A DNA stretch of 64,000 nt from a bacterium. GTDB taxonomy: Bacteria > Bacillota > Clostridia > Christensenellales > Aristaeellaceae. The notes under the pieces were generated by a model that saw nothing but the letters and a program-made list of their open reading frames with translations, was not told where the DNA came from and made no database searches. The stretch covers positions 41,194 to 105,193 of the forward strand of contig SFTH01000003.1 in the NCBI GenBank assembly GCA_004563405.1, read 5' to 3'. Of this stretch, positions 9,448-20,120 are shown piece after piece (the first letter of the stretch is position 1; each line of letters opens with the position of its first letter). A program made the translations under genes and the position numbers.

Positions 9448-10905
9448 ATGAAGCTGGATGTTTTAACCGGGACGATCCCAGGCCAGGTTCGTATCGTCGG
9501 AGATCGGAATACGGAAATTCAGGATATCTGCATTGATTCGCGGAAGGTAAAGCCGGGCGATCTGTTCATCTGCACGCCAGGTTTGCGCATGGATGCGCAC
9601 AGCTTTGCGCCCCAGGCCGTGCAGAACGGCGCGGCGGCGCTGCTGGTGGAGCGCGTTCTGGATTTGGATGTGCCGCAGGTGGTGGTGGAGGACGTTCGCC
9701 TGGCCAGCTCCTATGTGGCGGCCCAGTTCCACGACAACCCCGCGAAGAAGATGAAGCTGATCGGCATCACGGGTACCAAGGGCAAGACCACCACGAGCTT
9801 TCTCATCAAGTCCATCCTGGAGGAAGGCGGGAAGAAGGTCGGCCTGATCGGAACGGTGTGTTCCATGATCGGCGACGAGGCCATTCCGGCGAAGCTGACC
9901 ACGCCGGATCCGGTGGACACCCAGGCGATGCTCGCGCGCATGGCGGACGCGGGCGTGGAGTACGTCATCATGGAGGTGTCCGCCCATGCGCTCGCGCTGG
10001 ACAGGCTCGCGGGCATGGAGTTTGAGGTGGGCGCGTTCTCCAATTTCTCCCAGGATCATCTGGACTTCTTCGAGACGATGGAGCGCTACTTCGAGTGCAA
10101 GATGCGCTTCTTTGCGCCGGATATGACGAAGCACATCGTCTACAATGCGGACGACGACAGCGTGGCCGCGGGCATGGAGCGGCTGGGCCGGGACGCCCTT
10201 CGCTTCGGCATCCGGGAGGGCAGCGATATCTATGCCAACGACATCGAGATCAACGAGTGCGGCACCAACTTTTTGATGACCTGGCACAAGCACTTCCGCG
10301 TGTCCATCGCGCTGAAGCTGGCGGGCATCTTCAACGTGTACAATGCGCTGATGGCAGCGGGCATCTGCATCTGCCTGGGCGCGACGCCGGAGGAGATCCG
10401 CAGGGGCCTGGAGGACGTGCGCGCGGTGCCGGGCCGCATTGAGCTGCTGGAAACCGGGACGCCCTACCGGGTGATTCTGGATTACGCCCACTCGCCGGAC
10501 AGCCTGGAAAACATACTCAAGGCCGTGCGGCAGACCACGAAGGGGCGCATGATCGCGCTCTTTGGCTGCGGCGGCAACCGGGACCGCGCAAAGCGCCCGC
10601 TGATGGGCGAGATCGCCGGAGAACTGGCGGACTTCTGCATCCTCACCAGCGACAACCCCCGGGGAGAGGACCCCATGGAGATCCTCGACGCCATCGAAGA
10701 GGGCATCCGCGGAACGGGCTGCGAATATGTGGTGATTGAAAACCGCCGGGAGGCCATCAAGTATGCGCTGATGAACGCGGCGCCCTCGGATGTGGTGATT
10801 CTCGCGGGCAAGGGCCACGAGACCTACCAGGAGATCAAGGGCGTGCGCTATCCCTTCAACGAAAAGATCGTTGTCGCGGAGCTGCTCCGGGAGATTCGGA
10901 AATAA
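9448..10905 (+). CDS. murE: UDP-N-acetylmuramoyl-L-alanyl-D-glutamate--2,6-diaminopimelate ligase
   Basis: GITGTKGKTT P-loop. The DNPR motif (TSDNPRGEDP) is typical of meso-DAP-adding MurE. An alternative GTG start at 9406 overlaps the PBP stop. Confidence 0.9.
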   Translation: MKLDVLTGTIPGQVRIVGDRNTEIQDICIDSRKVKPGDLFICTPGLRMDAHSFAPQAVQNGAAALLVERVLDLDVPQVVVEDVRLASSYVAAQFHDNPAKKMKLIGITGTKGKTTTSFLIKSILEEGGKKVGLIGTVCSMIGDEAIPAKLTTPDPVDTQAMLARMADAGVEYVIMEVSAHALALDRLAGMEFEVGAFSNFSQDHLDFFETMERYFECKMRFFAPDMTKHIVYNADDDSVAAGMERLGRDALRFGIREGSDIYANDIEINECGTNFLMTWHKHFRVSIALKLAGIFNVYNALMAAGICICLGATPEEIRRGLEDVRAVPGRIELLETGTPYRVILDYAHSPDSLENILKAVRQTTKGRMIALFGCGGNRDRAKRPLMGEIAGELADFCILTSDNPRGEDPMEILDAIEEGIRGTGCEYVVIENRREAIKYALMNAAPSDVVILAGKGHETYQEIKGVRYPFNEKIVVAELLREIRK

Positions 10906-10932
10906 GGAAAGTACATTTGGAGGGAACAGAAG

Positions 10933-11943
10933 ATGCAGAGGCTGATCTGGACGATCATCGCGGCTTTTGGAATGACCATCGTCTTCGGGCCGATCGTGAT
11001 CCCGTGGCTCAAGAAGCTGAAATTCGGGCAGACGATCTATGACCTCGGCCCGCAGACGCACAAGAAGAAGCAGGGCACGCCCACCATGGGCGGTATCATC
11101 TTCGCCGTTCCGGCGCTGATTGCGGCCATCGCGTTTTCCTACAAGGACAGCTGCACCGGCTACCTGCTGATGATCGTCGTGTCCGCGCTGGGCTTTGGCC
11201 TGATCGGCTTTGTGGACGATTTCATCAAGGTCAAGATGAAGCGCAACCTGGGCCTCACGCCCAAACAGAAGCTCGCGCCGCAGATTCTGTTATCCATCGG
11301 GCTCGCGCTCTGGGCGTACTTCACGCCCTCCATCGGCTCCTCGCTGACGGTGCCGTTCTTCAACGTGGAGTGGAACCTGGGCTGGGTCTACATTCCGGTG
11401 ATGGTGTTCGTGCTGGTGGGCACGGTCAACTCCGCGAATCTGCTGGATGGCCTGGACGGCCTGCTGGCAGGATGCTCGATGATCGACTTCATTGCGATGA
11501 TGATCATCTGCATCACCATGGCTGCGGCGAACGGCGCGAACAGCTCGAACCTTCTGAACACTGCGATCTTCTCGGGCGCAATGTCGGGCGCGCTGATGTG
11601 CTTTTTGCGCTTCAACGGCTATCCCGCGCGCACGTTCATGGGCGACGTCGGCTCCTTCTTCATTGGCGGCGCGCTGGTGGGCGTGGCGATGGTCACGCGG
11701 CTGTCGCTGCTTCTGCCGATCATTGCGATCGCGATGTTCGTCTCCAGCCTGTCGGACATCATTCAGGTGGGCTACTTCAAGTACACCAAGCGCAAGACGG
11801 GCACGGGCAAGCGCGTGTTCAAGATGGCGCCGCTGCACCATCACTTTGAGCTCTCCGGCATCCCGGAGACCCGCGTGGTGACGGTCTACTACATCGTCAC
11901 TGCCGCGCTGTGCCTCGTATCCCTGCTGGGCTTCGTGGCGTAA
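10933..11943 (+). CDS. mraY: Phospho-N-acetylmuramoyl-pentapeptide transferase
   Basis: Motifs PTMGG, NLLDGLDGL, MGDVGS and APLHHHFE. Confidence 0.93.
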   Translation: MQRLIWTIIAAFGMTIVFGPIVIPWLKKLKFGQTIYDLGPQTHKKKQGTPTMGGIIFAVPALIAAIAFSYKDSCTGYLLMIVVSALGFGLIGFVDDFIKVKMKRNLGLTPKQKLAPQILLSIGLALWAYFTPSIGSSLTVPFFNVEWNLGWVYIPVMVFVLVGTVNSANLLDGLDGLLAGCSMIDFIAMMIICITMAAANGANSSNLLNTAIFSGAMSGALMCFLRFNGYPARTFMGDVGSFFIGGALVGVAMVTRLSLLLPIIAIAMFVSSLSDIIQVGYFKYTKRKTGTGKRVFKMAPLHHHFELSGIPETRVVTVYYIVTAALCLVSLLGFVA

Positions 11944-12031
11944 TTCAAGAATACTTCGGGGGCGGACGGCGCGGCGAAGGATCGGCGGCCGTGCCGCCCC
12001 TTTACGAAATTTCCGAAGGGAGAGATTTCAA

Positions 12032-13399
12032 ATGGCAAAGAGAGCGATGGTTCTGGGTCTGGCCAGGAGCGGCATTGCGGTCAGCCGCCTGCTGCTCCTG
12101 CGCGGCTATGAGGTGCTGGCCTGCGATTCCAGGAACCGGGAGGATTTCAAGGGCGCTCTGGATGAAATCGAGGCACAGGGCGCGCGCCTCTGTCTGGGTG
12201 AAAAGGAGCCTGAGCGGCTTCTGGAGGGCATTTCGCTGTTGGTGGTCAGCCCCGGAATCCCGCCGGAGCATCCCATCATGGCGCGGGCCAGGGAGATGGG
12301 TGTGGAGGTCGTGGGCGAAATCGAATATGCCTATCGGGAGTCCACGGGCATGCTGCTGGCCGTGACCGGAACCAACGGCAAGACCACGACCGTCACCCTT
12401 CTGGGCGAAATATTCAAAAACGCTGGCCGACGCACCCATGTGGTGGGCAACATTGGCACGCCCTATTCCGGCGCGGTGCCGGATATGAAACCGGGCGACG
12501 TGACGGTGTGCGAGATTTCCTCCTTCATGATGGAGACCTCCTCCAAGTTCCATCCCCATGTGAGCGCGGTGCTCAACATCTCCGAGGATCATCTCAACCG
12601 CCACAAGACGATGGAGAATTACATCGCGCTGAAGGAGCGCATCTTTGAAAACGAGGGCGCGGAGGACTTCGTGGTGCTCAACTGGGACGATCCCGTGACC
12701 CGGGAGATGGCGAAGCATACCCGCGCAAAGGCGGTGTGGTTCTCCAGCCGCGAGATGGTGGAGTACGGCGCGTTTGTGCAGGACGGCATGATCGTCTTTG
12801 GCGGGGGCGCGAACCTGAAGAACGTCTGCGCCGTGGACGAGGTTTACATTCCCGGTGAGCACAACCTGCGCAATGCGCTGGCGGCTACGGCCATGGCCAT
12901 GGTTTCGGGCGTGCCCGCGCCGGTCGTGCGCCATACGCTGCGCACCTTCAAGGGCGTGGAGCACCGCATTGAGTTCGTGCGGGAGCTGGACGGCGTGCAG
13001 TTCATCAACGACTCCAAGGGCACGAACGTGGATTCCTCCATTCAGGCCGTGCGCGCCATGAAGCGGCCCACGGTGCTCATCCTGGGCGGCTATGACAAGC
13101 ACACGGACTTCACGTCCCTGTGCGAGGAGATCGTGAAGTGCCCCATCGAATCGGTGGTGCTCATTGGCGCGACGGCAAAGCAGTGCGAGGAGACGCTGGA
13201 AAAGGTGGGCTTCCACGAATGGGAGCACGCGGGCTACGACTTCGAGCTGGCCGTGAAGCGCGCCTTTGACCGCGCGAAGGAGGGCGGAGCGGTGCTGCTC
13301 TCGCCCAGCTGCGCAAGCTTTGACATGTTCGACGATTACGAGGCCCGTGGGCGCATCTTCAAAGAGATCGTGGGCCGCCTGGAGAGCCGGAAGGCTTGA
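12032..13399 (+). CDS. murD: UDP-N-acetylmuramoylalanine--D-glutamate ligase
   Basis: N-terminal Rossmann-like GLARSG and the GTNGKTTT P-loop. Position after mraY. Confidence 0.9.
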   Translation: MAKRAMVLGLARSGIAVSRLLLLRGYEVLACDSRNREDFKGALDEIEAQGARLCLGEKEPERLLEGISLLVVSPGIPPEHPIMARAREMGVEVVGEIEYAYRESTGMLLAVTGTNGKTTTVTLLGEIFKNAGRRTHVVGNIGTPYSGAVPDMKPGDVTVCEISSFMMETSSKFHPHVSAVLNISEDHLNRHKTMENYIALKERIFENEGAEDFVVLNWDDPVTREMAKHTRAKAVWFSSREMVEYGAFVQDGMIVFGGGANLKNVCAVDEVYIPGEHNLRNALAATAMAMVSGVPAPVVRHTLRTFKGVEHRIEFVRELDGVQFINDSKGTNVDSSIQAVRAMKRPTVLILGGYDKHTDFTSLCEEIVKCPIESVVLIGATAKQCEETLEKVGFHEWEHAGYDFELAVKRAFDRAKEGGAVLLSPSCASFDMFDDYEARGRIFKEIVGRLESRKA

Positions 13400-14565
13400 T
13401 CCTCCGGCCCTCCATCGGGGCAAAGGCCGCGGCAAACCGGCCGCGGAAGCATTACGGGAAGCTGCGACAGGTGGACAGGGGACTGCTGGTCGCCTTTGTG
13501 GCGCTGATGCTCTGCGGGCTGGTCGTGCTCTACGCGGCGAGCTATTACAACGCGCAGGACAGGGGCAGCGCCCTCTCGGAGGTCTATTCCCAGCTGATGG
13601 GAATTGCGGCGGGCGCGCTGCTGATGCTGTTTCTGCTGCGTCTGGATTATCGGATTCTCGCAAGGGCGCAGATTTCCGGATCTCTGCTGGCGATCAGCGT
13701 CGCGCTTCTGATTCTGGTGGCAATTCCGGGCGTCGGAAGGCTGGTCAACGGTTCGCGGCGCTGGTTGCGCCTGGGACCGGTGAGCTTTCAGCCATCGGAG
13801 CTTGCGAAGTACGCGGTGATTCTGCATCTGGCGCGGCTCCTGAGCCGGAGGCGCTACGACGTGACCCGCTTCTTCCGGGGACTCGTACCGGCGCTGCTGT
13901 TTCCGGGAATCATGTTCCTGCTGATTCTGTTCCAGCCGAACCTTTCGACGGCCGGGAGCATACTGATCGTCTCCGCGGTGATGGTGATGGTGGCCGGCGC
14001 GCGGTGGTGGCATCTGGGCGTCGTGGCCGCCGGCGGAATTGCGCTTGGGACGTATTACGCCCTCTCGGAGGAGTACCGCCGCGCGCGGCTGATGTCCTTC
14101 CGGAATCCCTTCGCCTATCTGAGCAACGAGGGATATCAGCTCTCCCAGTCCCTGCTGGCCTTCGGCTCGGGCGGGCTGTTCGGCATGGGTCTGGGCAAGG
14201 GGAGGCAGAAGTACGCCTTTCTGCCCTATCCGGAGTCCGATTTCATCTTCGCCGTAGTGGGGGAGGATCTGGGGCTCGTGGGGTGCGTGGCGGTGCTCGC
14301 GCTGTTCGCGGCCTTCGTGTTCTTTGGCCTACGGGTGGCCATCCGCTGCCGGGATCGCTTCGGCAGCCTGCTGGCGGGCGGCATCACGGCGATGATCGGC
14401 GTGCAGACGGTGCTCAATGTGGCGGTGGTGATCGGCCTGATGCCCACCACGGGCCTTCCGCTGCCCTTCTTCAGTTCGGGCGGCACATCCATATCCATTC
14501 TGATGGGCGCTGCGGCGATTCTGATGAATATATCGGCGTCGGAGCAGAGAGACGGAGACTTCTGA
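13396..14565 (+). CDS. ftsW: SEDS-family peptidoglycan glycosyltransferase FtsW/SpoVE
   Basis: Motifs QPSELAKY, PESDFIFAVVGEDLG and GLPLPFFSSGGTS. The TTG start overlaps the murD stop, so the start is uncertain. Confidence 0.88.
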   Translation: MILRPSIGAKAAANRPRKHYGKLRQVDRGLLVAFVALMLCGLVVLYAASYYNAQDRGSALSEVYSQLMGIAAGALLMLFLLRLDYRILARAQISGSLLAISVALLILVAIPGVGRLVNGSRRWLRLGPVSFQPSELAKYAVILHLARLLSRRRYDVTRFFRGLVPALLFPGIMFLLILFQPNLSTAGSILIVSAVMVMVAGARWWHLGVVAAGGIALGTYYALSEEYRRARLMSFRNPFAYLSNEGYQLSQSLLAFGSGGLFGMGLGKGRQKYAFLPYPESDFIFAVVGEDLGLVGCVAVLALFAAFVFFGLRVAIRCRDRFGSLLAGGITAMIGVQTVLNVAVVIGLMPTTGLPLPFFSSGGTSISILMGAAAILMNISASEQRDGDF

Positions 14566-14583
14566 GCAGAGGAGGCGAAGCGC

Positions 14584-15321
14584 ATGGCCGGGCGGCGAAG
14601 GAAGAGAAAGTGGATCGCAATTCTTGTAATTCTGTTGCTGGCGCTGTTGGCTGCGTGGCTGCTTCGCAGCGTATTCGTGGTGCGCAGCTTGGAGGTGACG
14701 GGCAATGCGCGCACATCGGACGAGGAGATTGTGCGCGCCGCCCGCGTCCGATTCGGCGCGTCCATGCTTCTGGTGGACGGGGAAGAGATACGGAGGCAGG
14801 TGAACGCCACGGGCACGGTCTGCCTCGACCGCGTGGAGAAGCGCTATCCGGACACGCTGGTGCTGGAGGTGCATGAGCGTACGCGCGCGGCGATGCTGCT
14901 GCATATGGGCAAGATCCGGATTCTGGACGAGATGGGTTGCCTGATGGAGAGCGCGGAGGATGTGCCGGATACGGACCTGGTGTACGTCAGCGGCATGCGC
15001 GTGAGCAGCCTCGAGGTGGGCGAGCAGATGCGCGCGGCGGAGGGACAGACGCAGGCCTATTGCGCTGTGATGGGCGCGCTGCTGAGCCAGGGCGCAAACA
15101 TCTACGTTTCGGAGCTGGATCTGAGCGACGTGAAGAATTTGCAGATCATTACCCGCACGGGCATCCGCGTGGAGCTGGGCGGCGTGGAGGACATGGAAAA
15201 CAAGATCGCCTGGATGAAGAGCGCGGTGGCCGACCTGGAGCGCCGAGGAGAGGGCGGCGGCACGCTGGATGTGCGCAGCGGCAGCAAGGCTGATTATACG
15301 CGCCCCACGGCCGCAAGCTGA
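14584..15321 (+). CDS. ftsQ: Cell division protein FtsQ/DivIB (POTRA domain)
   Basis: Basic N terminus plus a TM segment, then a POTRA-like VRSLEVTGNARTSDEEI. Position between ftsW and ftsA. Confidence 0.75.
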   Translation: MAGRRRKRKWIAILVILLLALLAAWLLRSVFVVRSLEVTGNARTSDEEIVRAARVRFGASMLLVDGEEIRRQVNATGTVCLDRVEKRYPDTLVLEVHERTRAAMLLHMGKIRILDEMGCLMESAEDVPDTDLVYVSGMRVSSLEVGEQMRAAEGQTQAYCAVMGALLSQGANIYVSELDLSDVKNLQIITRTGIRVELGGVEDMENKIAWMKSAVADLERRGEGGGTLDVRSGSKADYTRPTAAS

Positions 15322-15434
15322 ACCTTTCAGACAAAATTGTAAGAATCCGCCGTATTTTGCGTGACAGCATCTTGGTCAAAATTCGAAACAATTTTGACAC
15401 TTGCGAAAAAGCGCGAAATTCGGCGGTTTCGTGT

Positions 15435-15463
15435 TTGCATGTAAAATCAAATCCATGTATAAT
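15435..15463 (+). promoter_or_regulatory. Candidate sigma-A promoter for ftsA-ftsZ (TTGCAT-17-TATAAT)
   Basis: TTGCAT at 15435-15440 and TATAAT at 15458-15463 with an exact 17-nt spacer, in an AT-rich gap upstream of ftsA. Confidence 0.55.
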
Positions 15464-15524
15464 ATGATTATATAGTAGTACCCCAAAGGGATAACCGAAC
15501 GGATAAGGTGGGCGAACGACAGAT

Positions 15525-16718
15525 ATGAGCAAGACGCAAATTGCTGCCATAGAATTTGGTACGTCCAAGATTGTGACGATCATTGCGCAGAACGGCGGCA
15601 TCGACCGCCTGGAGTTCCTGGGCATGGGCACGGTTCCGTACGACGGCTATCAGGACGGCGACTGGAACACGCCCGGCCAGATGATTCAGCGCGTGCGCGA
15701 CTCCATCGCGGCAGCCGAGCTCGAGGCAAATGAGAAGATCAGGGAGATCTATGTGGGCGTTCCGGGCGAGTACATTCATGTGTGCAGCACGGAGGCGGAG
15801 GTCGAACTGGGCGAGGAGGGCGTGACGGAAGCCGCGCTGGATCTCGTGCAGGATGCCGCCGCGGAGAAGCTGCAAATTGCCGATATGGGCGGCATGGTGC
15901 TGCACCGCTCTCCCGCGTGGTTCCAGGTGGACGACGGCAAAAAGACGATGGAGCCCAACGGTCATGGCGCGCGGCTGCGCGCGTGCACGTCCTTCATCGT
16001 GGCTGACCCGCAATTCATTGAGGACGTCAAGGAGATTCTGGGTGCGCTGGACATCACCATTCTGGGCTTCCTTTCGCCCACACTGGGCGAAAGCCTGCTG
16101 CTGCTCTCCATCGATGACCGCGACCGCGTGTCCGTGCTCATCGACTGCGGATATCTCAGCACCGAGCTGAGCGTCATCCGCGGCGAGGCGATCATCTATC
16201 ACGCGATTCTGCAGATGGGCGGCGGACACATCACCTCCGATCTCGCGACCCAGCTGCGCATACCGATGCGCGCGGCGGAGCAGATTAAGCGCAACTATGT
16301 GTTCAATCCGGATGAATTCGATCAGGATACCTTCGCGGAGGTCTATGACGCCCGCGGACGGCGGCTCACCTTCCCCCGGGAGGTCGTGAGTCAGTGCGTG
16401 GAGAGATCCATGGACGAATTGTGCAACATGATTGACATGACGCTGAAAAACGACGCCCTGGAGCTCCTGGGCGCGCGTTCTCAGATATATCTGACCGGCG
16501 GCGGCATCGGCATGATGCGAAGCGCCCGGGACTATCTCGCGGAAAAGATCGGCCGCCCCGTGAAGGCCGCTGCACCCAAGACTGCGAAAATGAACAGCCC
16601 CGTCTATTCTTCGGCGCTTGGCCTGATGGATCTCACCTTTGATTCCATCGAGCGCCACGACGCTGCGGAGGAGGGCTTCGGCAGCAAACTCACCGGATTC
16701 CTGAAAAAGAGGAAGTAA
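15525..16718 (+). CDS. ftsA: Cell division protein FtsA
   Basis: Actin-like ATPase fold pattern. C-terminal amphipathic tail FGSKLTGFLKKRK. Immediately upstream of ftsZ. Confidence 0.85.
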   Translation: MSKTQIAAIEFGTSKIVTIIAQNGGIDRLEFLGMGTVPYDGYQDGDWNTPGQMIQRVRDSIAAAELEANEKIREIYVGVPGEYIHVCSTEAEVELGEEGVTEAALDLVQDAAAEKLQIADMGGMVLHRSPAWFQVDDGKKTMEPNGHGARLRACTSFIVADPQFIEDVKEILGALDITILGFLSPTLGESLLLLSIDDRDRVSVLIDCGYLSTELSVIRGEAIIYHAILQMGGGHITSDLATQLRIPMRAAEQIKRNYVFNPDEFDQDTFAEVYDARGRRLTFPREVVSQCVERSMDELCNMIDMTLKNDALELLGARSQIYLTGGGIGMMRSARDYLAEKIGRPVKAAAPKTAKMNSPVYSSALGLMDLTFDSIERHDAAEEGFGSKLTGFLKKRK

Positions 16719-16757
16719 AGCCGGATCGACAATCTATACGGACGAGGGGGATGCCTT

Positions 16758-18029
<1,272 letters not shown>

Positions 18030-18039
18030 GAAAAGCATT

Positions 18040-18075
18040 TCGAGGCTGCGTGGAAAGTGCGCGGCCTCGATTTTT
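18040..18075 (+). terminator. Intrinsic terminator of ftsZ
   Basis: TCGAGGCTGCG ... CGCGGCCTCGA stem with one G-U pair, followed by TTTTT. Confidence 0.7.
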
Positions 18076-18337
18076 ACAATGAAAGAGCACAGGGCGATTG
18101 CCCCGCGCTGTGAATGTCGAAAAACCCCCGGGAGAGCGCGAGAGGACTTTAGCCCTTTCGCACTTTAATCGTACCCGGCGGCGTGTACGCCGGGGGCGGG
18201 CGATTTTTACGGCGGAAAATCTCATTTTCCAGAGAAAAAATCGGTTCCCTGCAGTCTCCGCGCTCGGAAATCCTTCAGGATTTCAGCGGAGGCTGGAGGG
18301 GGTGGCAGTGGCGGGGGAGAGACTCCCCCGTCCACCA

Positions 18338-18392
18338 GCCTGTCAAAAAGTCTTTTTTGACAGGCTGAGCGCGGGGCGATTGCCCCGCGCTC
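18338..18392 (-). terminator. Tandem hairpins downstream of the ruvX::DUF1292 gene
   Basis: GAGCGCGGGGC-GATT-GCCCCGCGCTC (11-bp stem), followed on the minus strand by AGCCTGTCAAAAA/TTTTTGACAGGCT (13-bp stem). Confidence 0.5.
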
Positions 18393-18399
18393 TTTGTGT

Positions 18400-19173
18400 T
18401 CATTCCTCGTCGTCCGCTTCGGCGATTTCGAGGTACTTTTCAAAGACCTCGTTGAGCTCCTCCTCGGACTCGATGGTGGCGTAGAAGTCGTTGCCCTCCT
18501 CGTCCTGCTGGATGCGCATGATGACCAGCTCGTCCTCCGCCACGTCCTCCATGGGTTCGGCGGGGGCCAGGCAGATGTAAACATTGCCCTTGTGCTCCAG
18601 GGTCATCAGGTGCTCAAAGCGCACCTCGTTGCCCTCGTCGTCCACCAGCTCCACGATGTTTTCCGGGTCGAGTTCCATGTCCTGTTCGTTGAAATCCTGC
18701 TCGCGCATATGCCAAACCTCGCTTTGAAATACTTTTTTATGTCCGTTTCCGGCGGGAACGTCCTTCCAGCCGCCCGCGTCCAGAAAGGATTGCAGAATGT
18801 AGGTGGCGGCCAGCTTGTCCACCACTTCCTTGCGCTTGGAGCGCCGCACGTCGGCCTCCAGCAGAACGCCCGTGGCTAGCCGGGTCGTCAGGCGCTCGTC
18901 CTGATAGCGCACCTCGAAGCCCATCTCCGTCAGCAGCGCCGCCAGCGCCTTGACCCGTTGGGCCTGAAAGCCCTCCGAGCCGTCCATGTTCAGGGGCAGG
19001 CCGCAGAGGATGTGGGTGGTTTCGTACTGCGCGCAGAGCTCGCGTACGCGCGCCGCGTCCCGCTGGGCGCCCTTGGTGAAGATGGTCTCCACGCCCTGGG
19101 CGGTGAAGTCCAGGGGATCGCTCACGGCCACGCCGATGCGGCGCTCGCCCACGTCCAGACAGATTGTGCGCAT
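18400..19173 (-). CDS. ruvX: Holliday-junction resolvase-like RuvX (YqgF) fused in frame to a DUF1292 domain
   Basis: N terminus MRTICLDVGERRIGVAVSD is the YqgF signature. The C-terminal ~100 aa (VELVDDEGNEVRFEHL...VIMRIQQDEEGNDFYATIESEEELNEVFEKY...acidic tail) match the DUF1292 pattern. No stop codon separates them. Confidence 0.8.
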   Translation of the reverse strand: MRTICLDVGERRIGVAVSDPLDFTAQGVETIFTKGAQRDAARVRELCAQYETTHILCGLPLNMDGSEGFQAQRVKALAALLTEMGFEVRYQDERLTTRLATGVLLEADVRRSKRKEVVDKLAATYILQSFLDAGGWKDVPAGNGHKKVFQSEVWHMREQDFNEQDMELDPENIVELVDDEGNEVRFEHLMTLEHKGNVYICLAPAEPMEDVAEDELVIMRIQQDEEGNDFYATIESEEELNEVFEKYLEIAEADDEE

Positions 19174-19175
19174 GT

Positions 19176-20120
19176 TCAAACCACCTTTATGCAGAATTGG
19201 GGGCATACGCGGGCGCAGTAGCCGCAGAATACGCATTTCTCGGGATCAACCGTCGCCCGGCCGTTTACGATGGAGATGGCCTTCTGTCCGCAGCGCGCGG
19301 CGCAGAGGCCGCAGCCCTCGCAGTAGTCGTGCACCATCATGCGCCTCTGCCGGTGGTGCAAGCGCTCCATGCGCTCCTGCGCGTCCGGCGCGCCCTCGGC
19401 GACGGCCACGTTCGCGTCGATCTCCTCAAAGCTCTGCATGCCCACGGCCACGCTGTCGATGAACGGGGAATTCAGCGCGTATGCCATGGCCTCGAAGCTG
19501 GACTGGATCAGGTGTCCGCCGCCCAGGGGCTTCATGGCGAAGATGCCCACGCCGCGTTCGCGCACATAGGCGATGGCGCTCTCCATGTCCTCGCGGGTGC
19601 CGTCCTGTATGCCCACGCCGCCCACGTTGATCAGAGGATGCACCACGCGGATCATCGGGAAGCGCGCGCAGGCGCGTACGCAGCCCGCGAAGTGGGAGCT
19701 GACGCCCACCGCGCCGATGTGGCCCCTCTGGCGCTGCTCCTCCAAAAACACAAGTGCCTCTTCATGGCCGCGCAACGTGTACAGGGATTCCTGTTCGTGC
19801 AGCATAAAGAGGTCCACATAATCTCTTCCGAGCCCGCGATACGCGCGCTCCAAGGCTGCCTGTGCCGTCTCACGATCATAGCAGTAGGCCTTCGTGCTGA
19901 CGACGTAGTCCGGCGCATCCTTCAGCGCCAGGCGGATGTGGGGATAGGTTTCGTAGAGATCTGCTGTGTCCAGAAAGCGCACGCCGCGCTCATAGGCATG
20001 AACCAGCAGCCTTGCACCCGCCTCAGGGGTCATGTTCTGTTGCAGGGGCGACATGGTGAGCGTCCCAAAGCACAGCTTGGAGACGCTCAGCCCCGAAGAA
20101 CCCAGTTGAACGCACCGCAT
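19176..20120 (-). CDS. Aldo/keto reductase with C-terminal 2x[4Fe-4S] ferredoxin-like domain
   Basis: AKR-like N terminus (FGTLTMSPLQ..., FLDTADLYETY). C-terminal CEGCGLCAARC and CVFCGYCARVCP cluster motifs. Confidence 0.75.
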   Translation of the reverse strand: MRCVQLGSSGLSVSKLCFGTLTMSPLQQNMTPEAGARLLVHAYERGVRFLDTADLYETYPHIRLALKDAPDYVVSTKAYCYDRETAQAALERAYRGLGRDYVDLFMLHEQESLYTLRGHEEALVFLEEQRQRGHIGAVGVSSHFAGCVRACARFPMIRVVHPLINVGGVGIQDGTREDMESAIAYVRERGVGIFAMKPLGGGHLIQSSFEAMAYALNSPFIDSVAVGMQSFEEIDANVAVAEGAPDAQERMERLHHRQRRMMVHDYCEGCGLCAARCGQKAISIVNGRATVDPEKCVFCGYCARVCPQFCIKVV

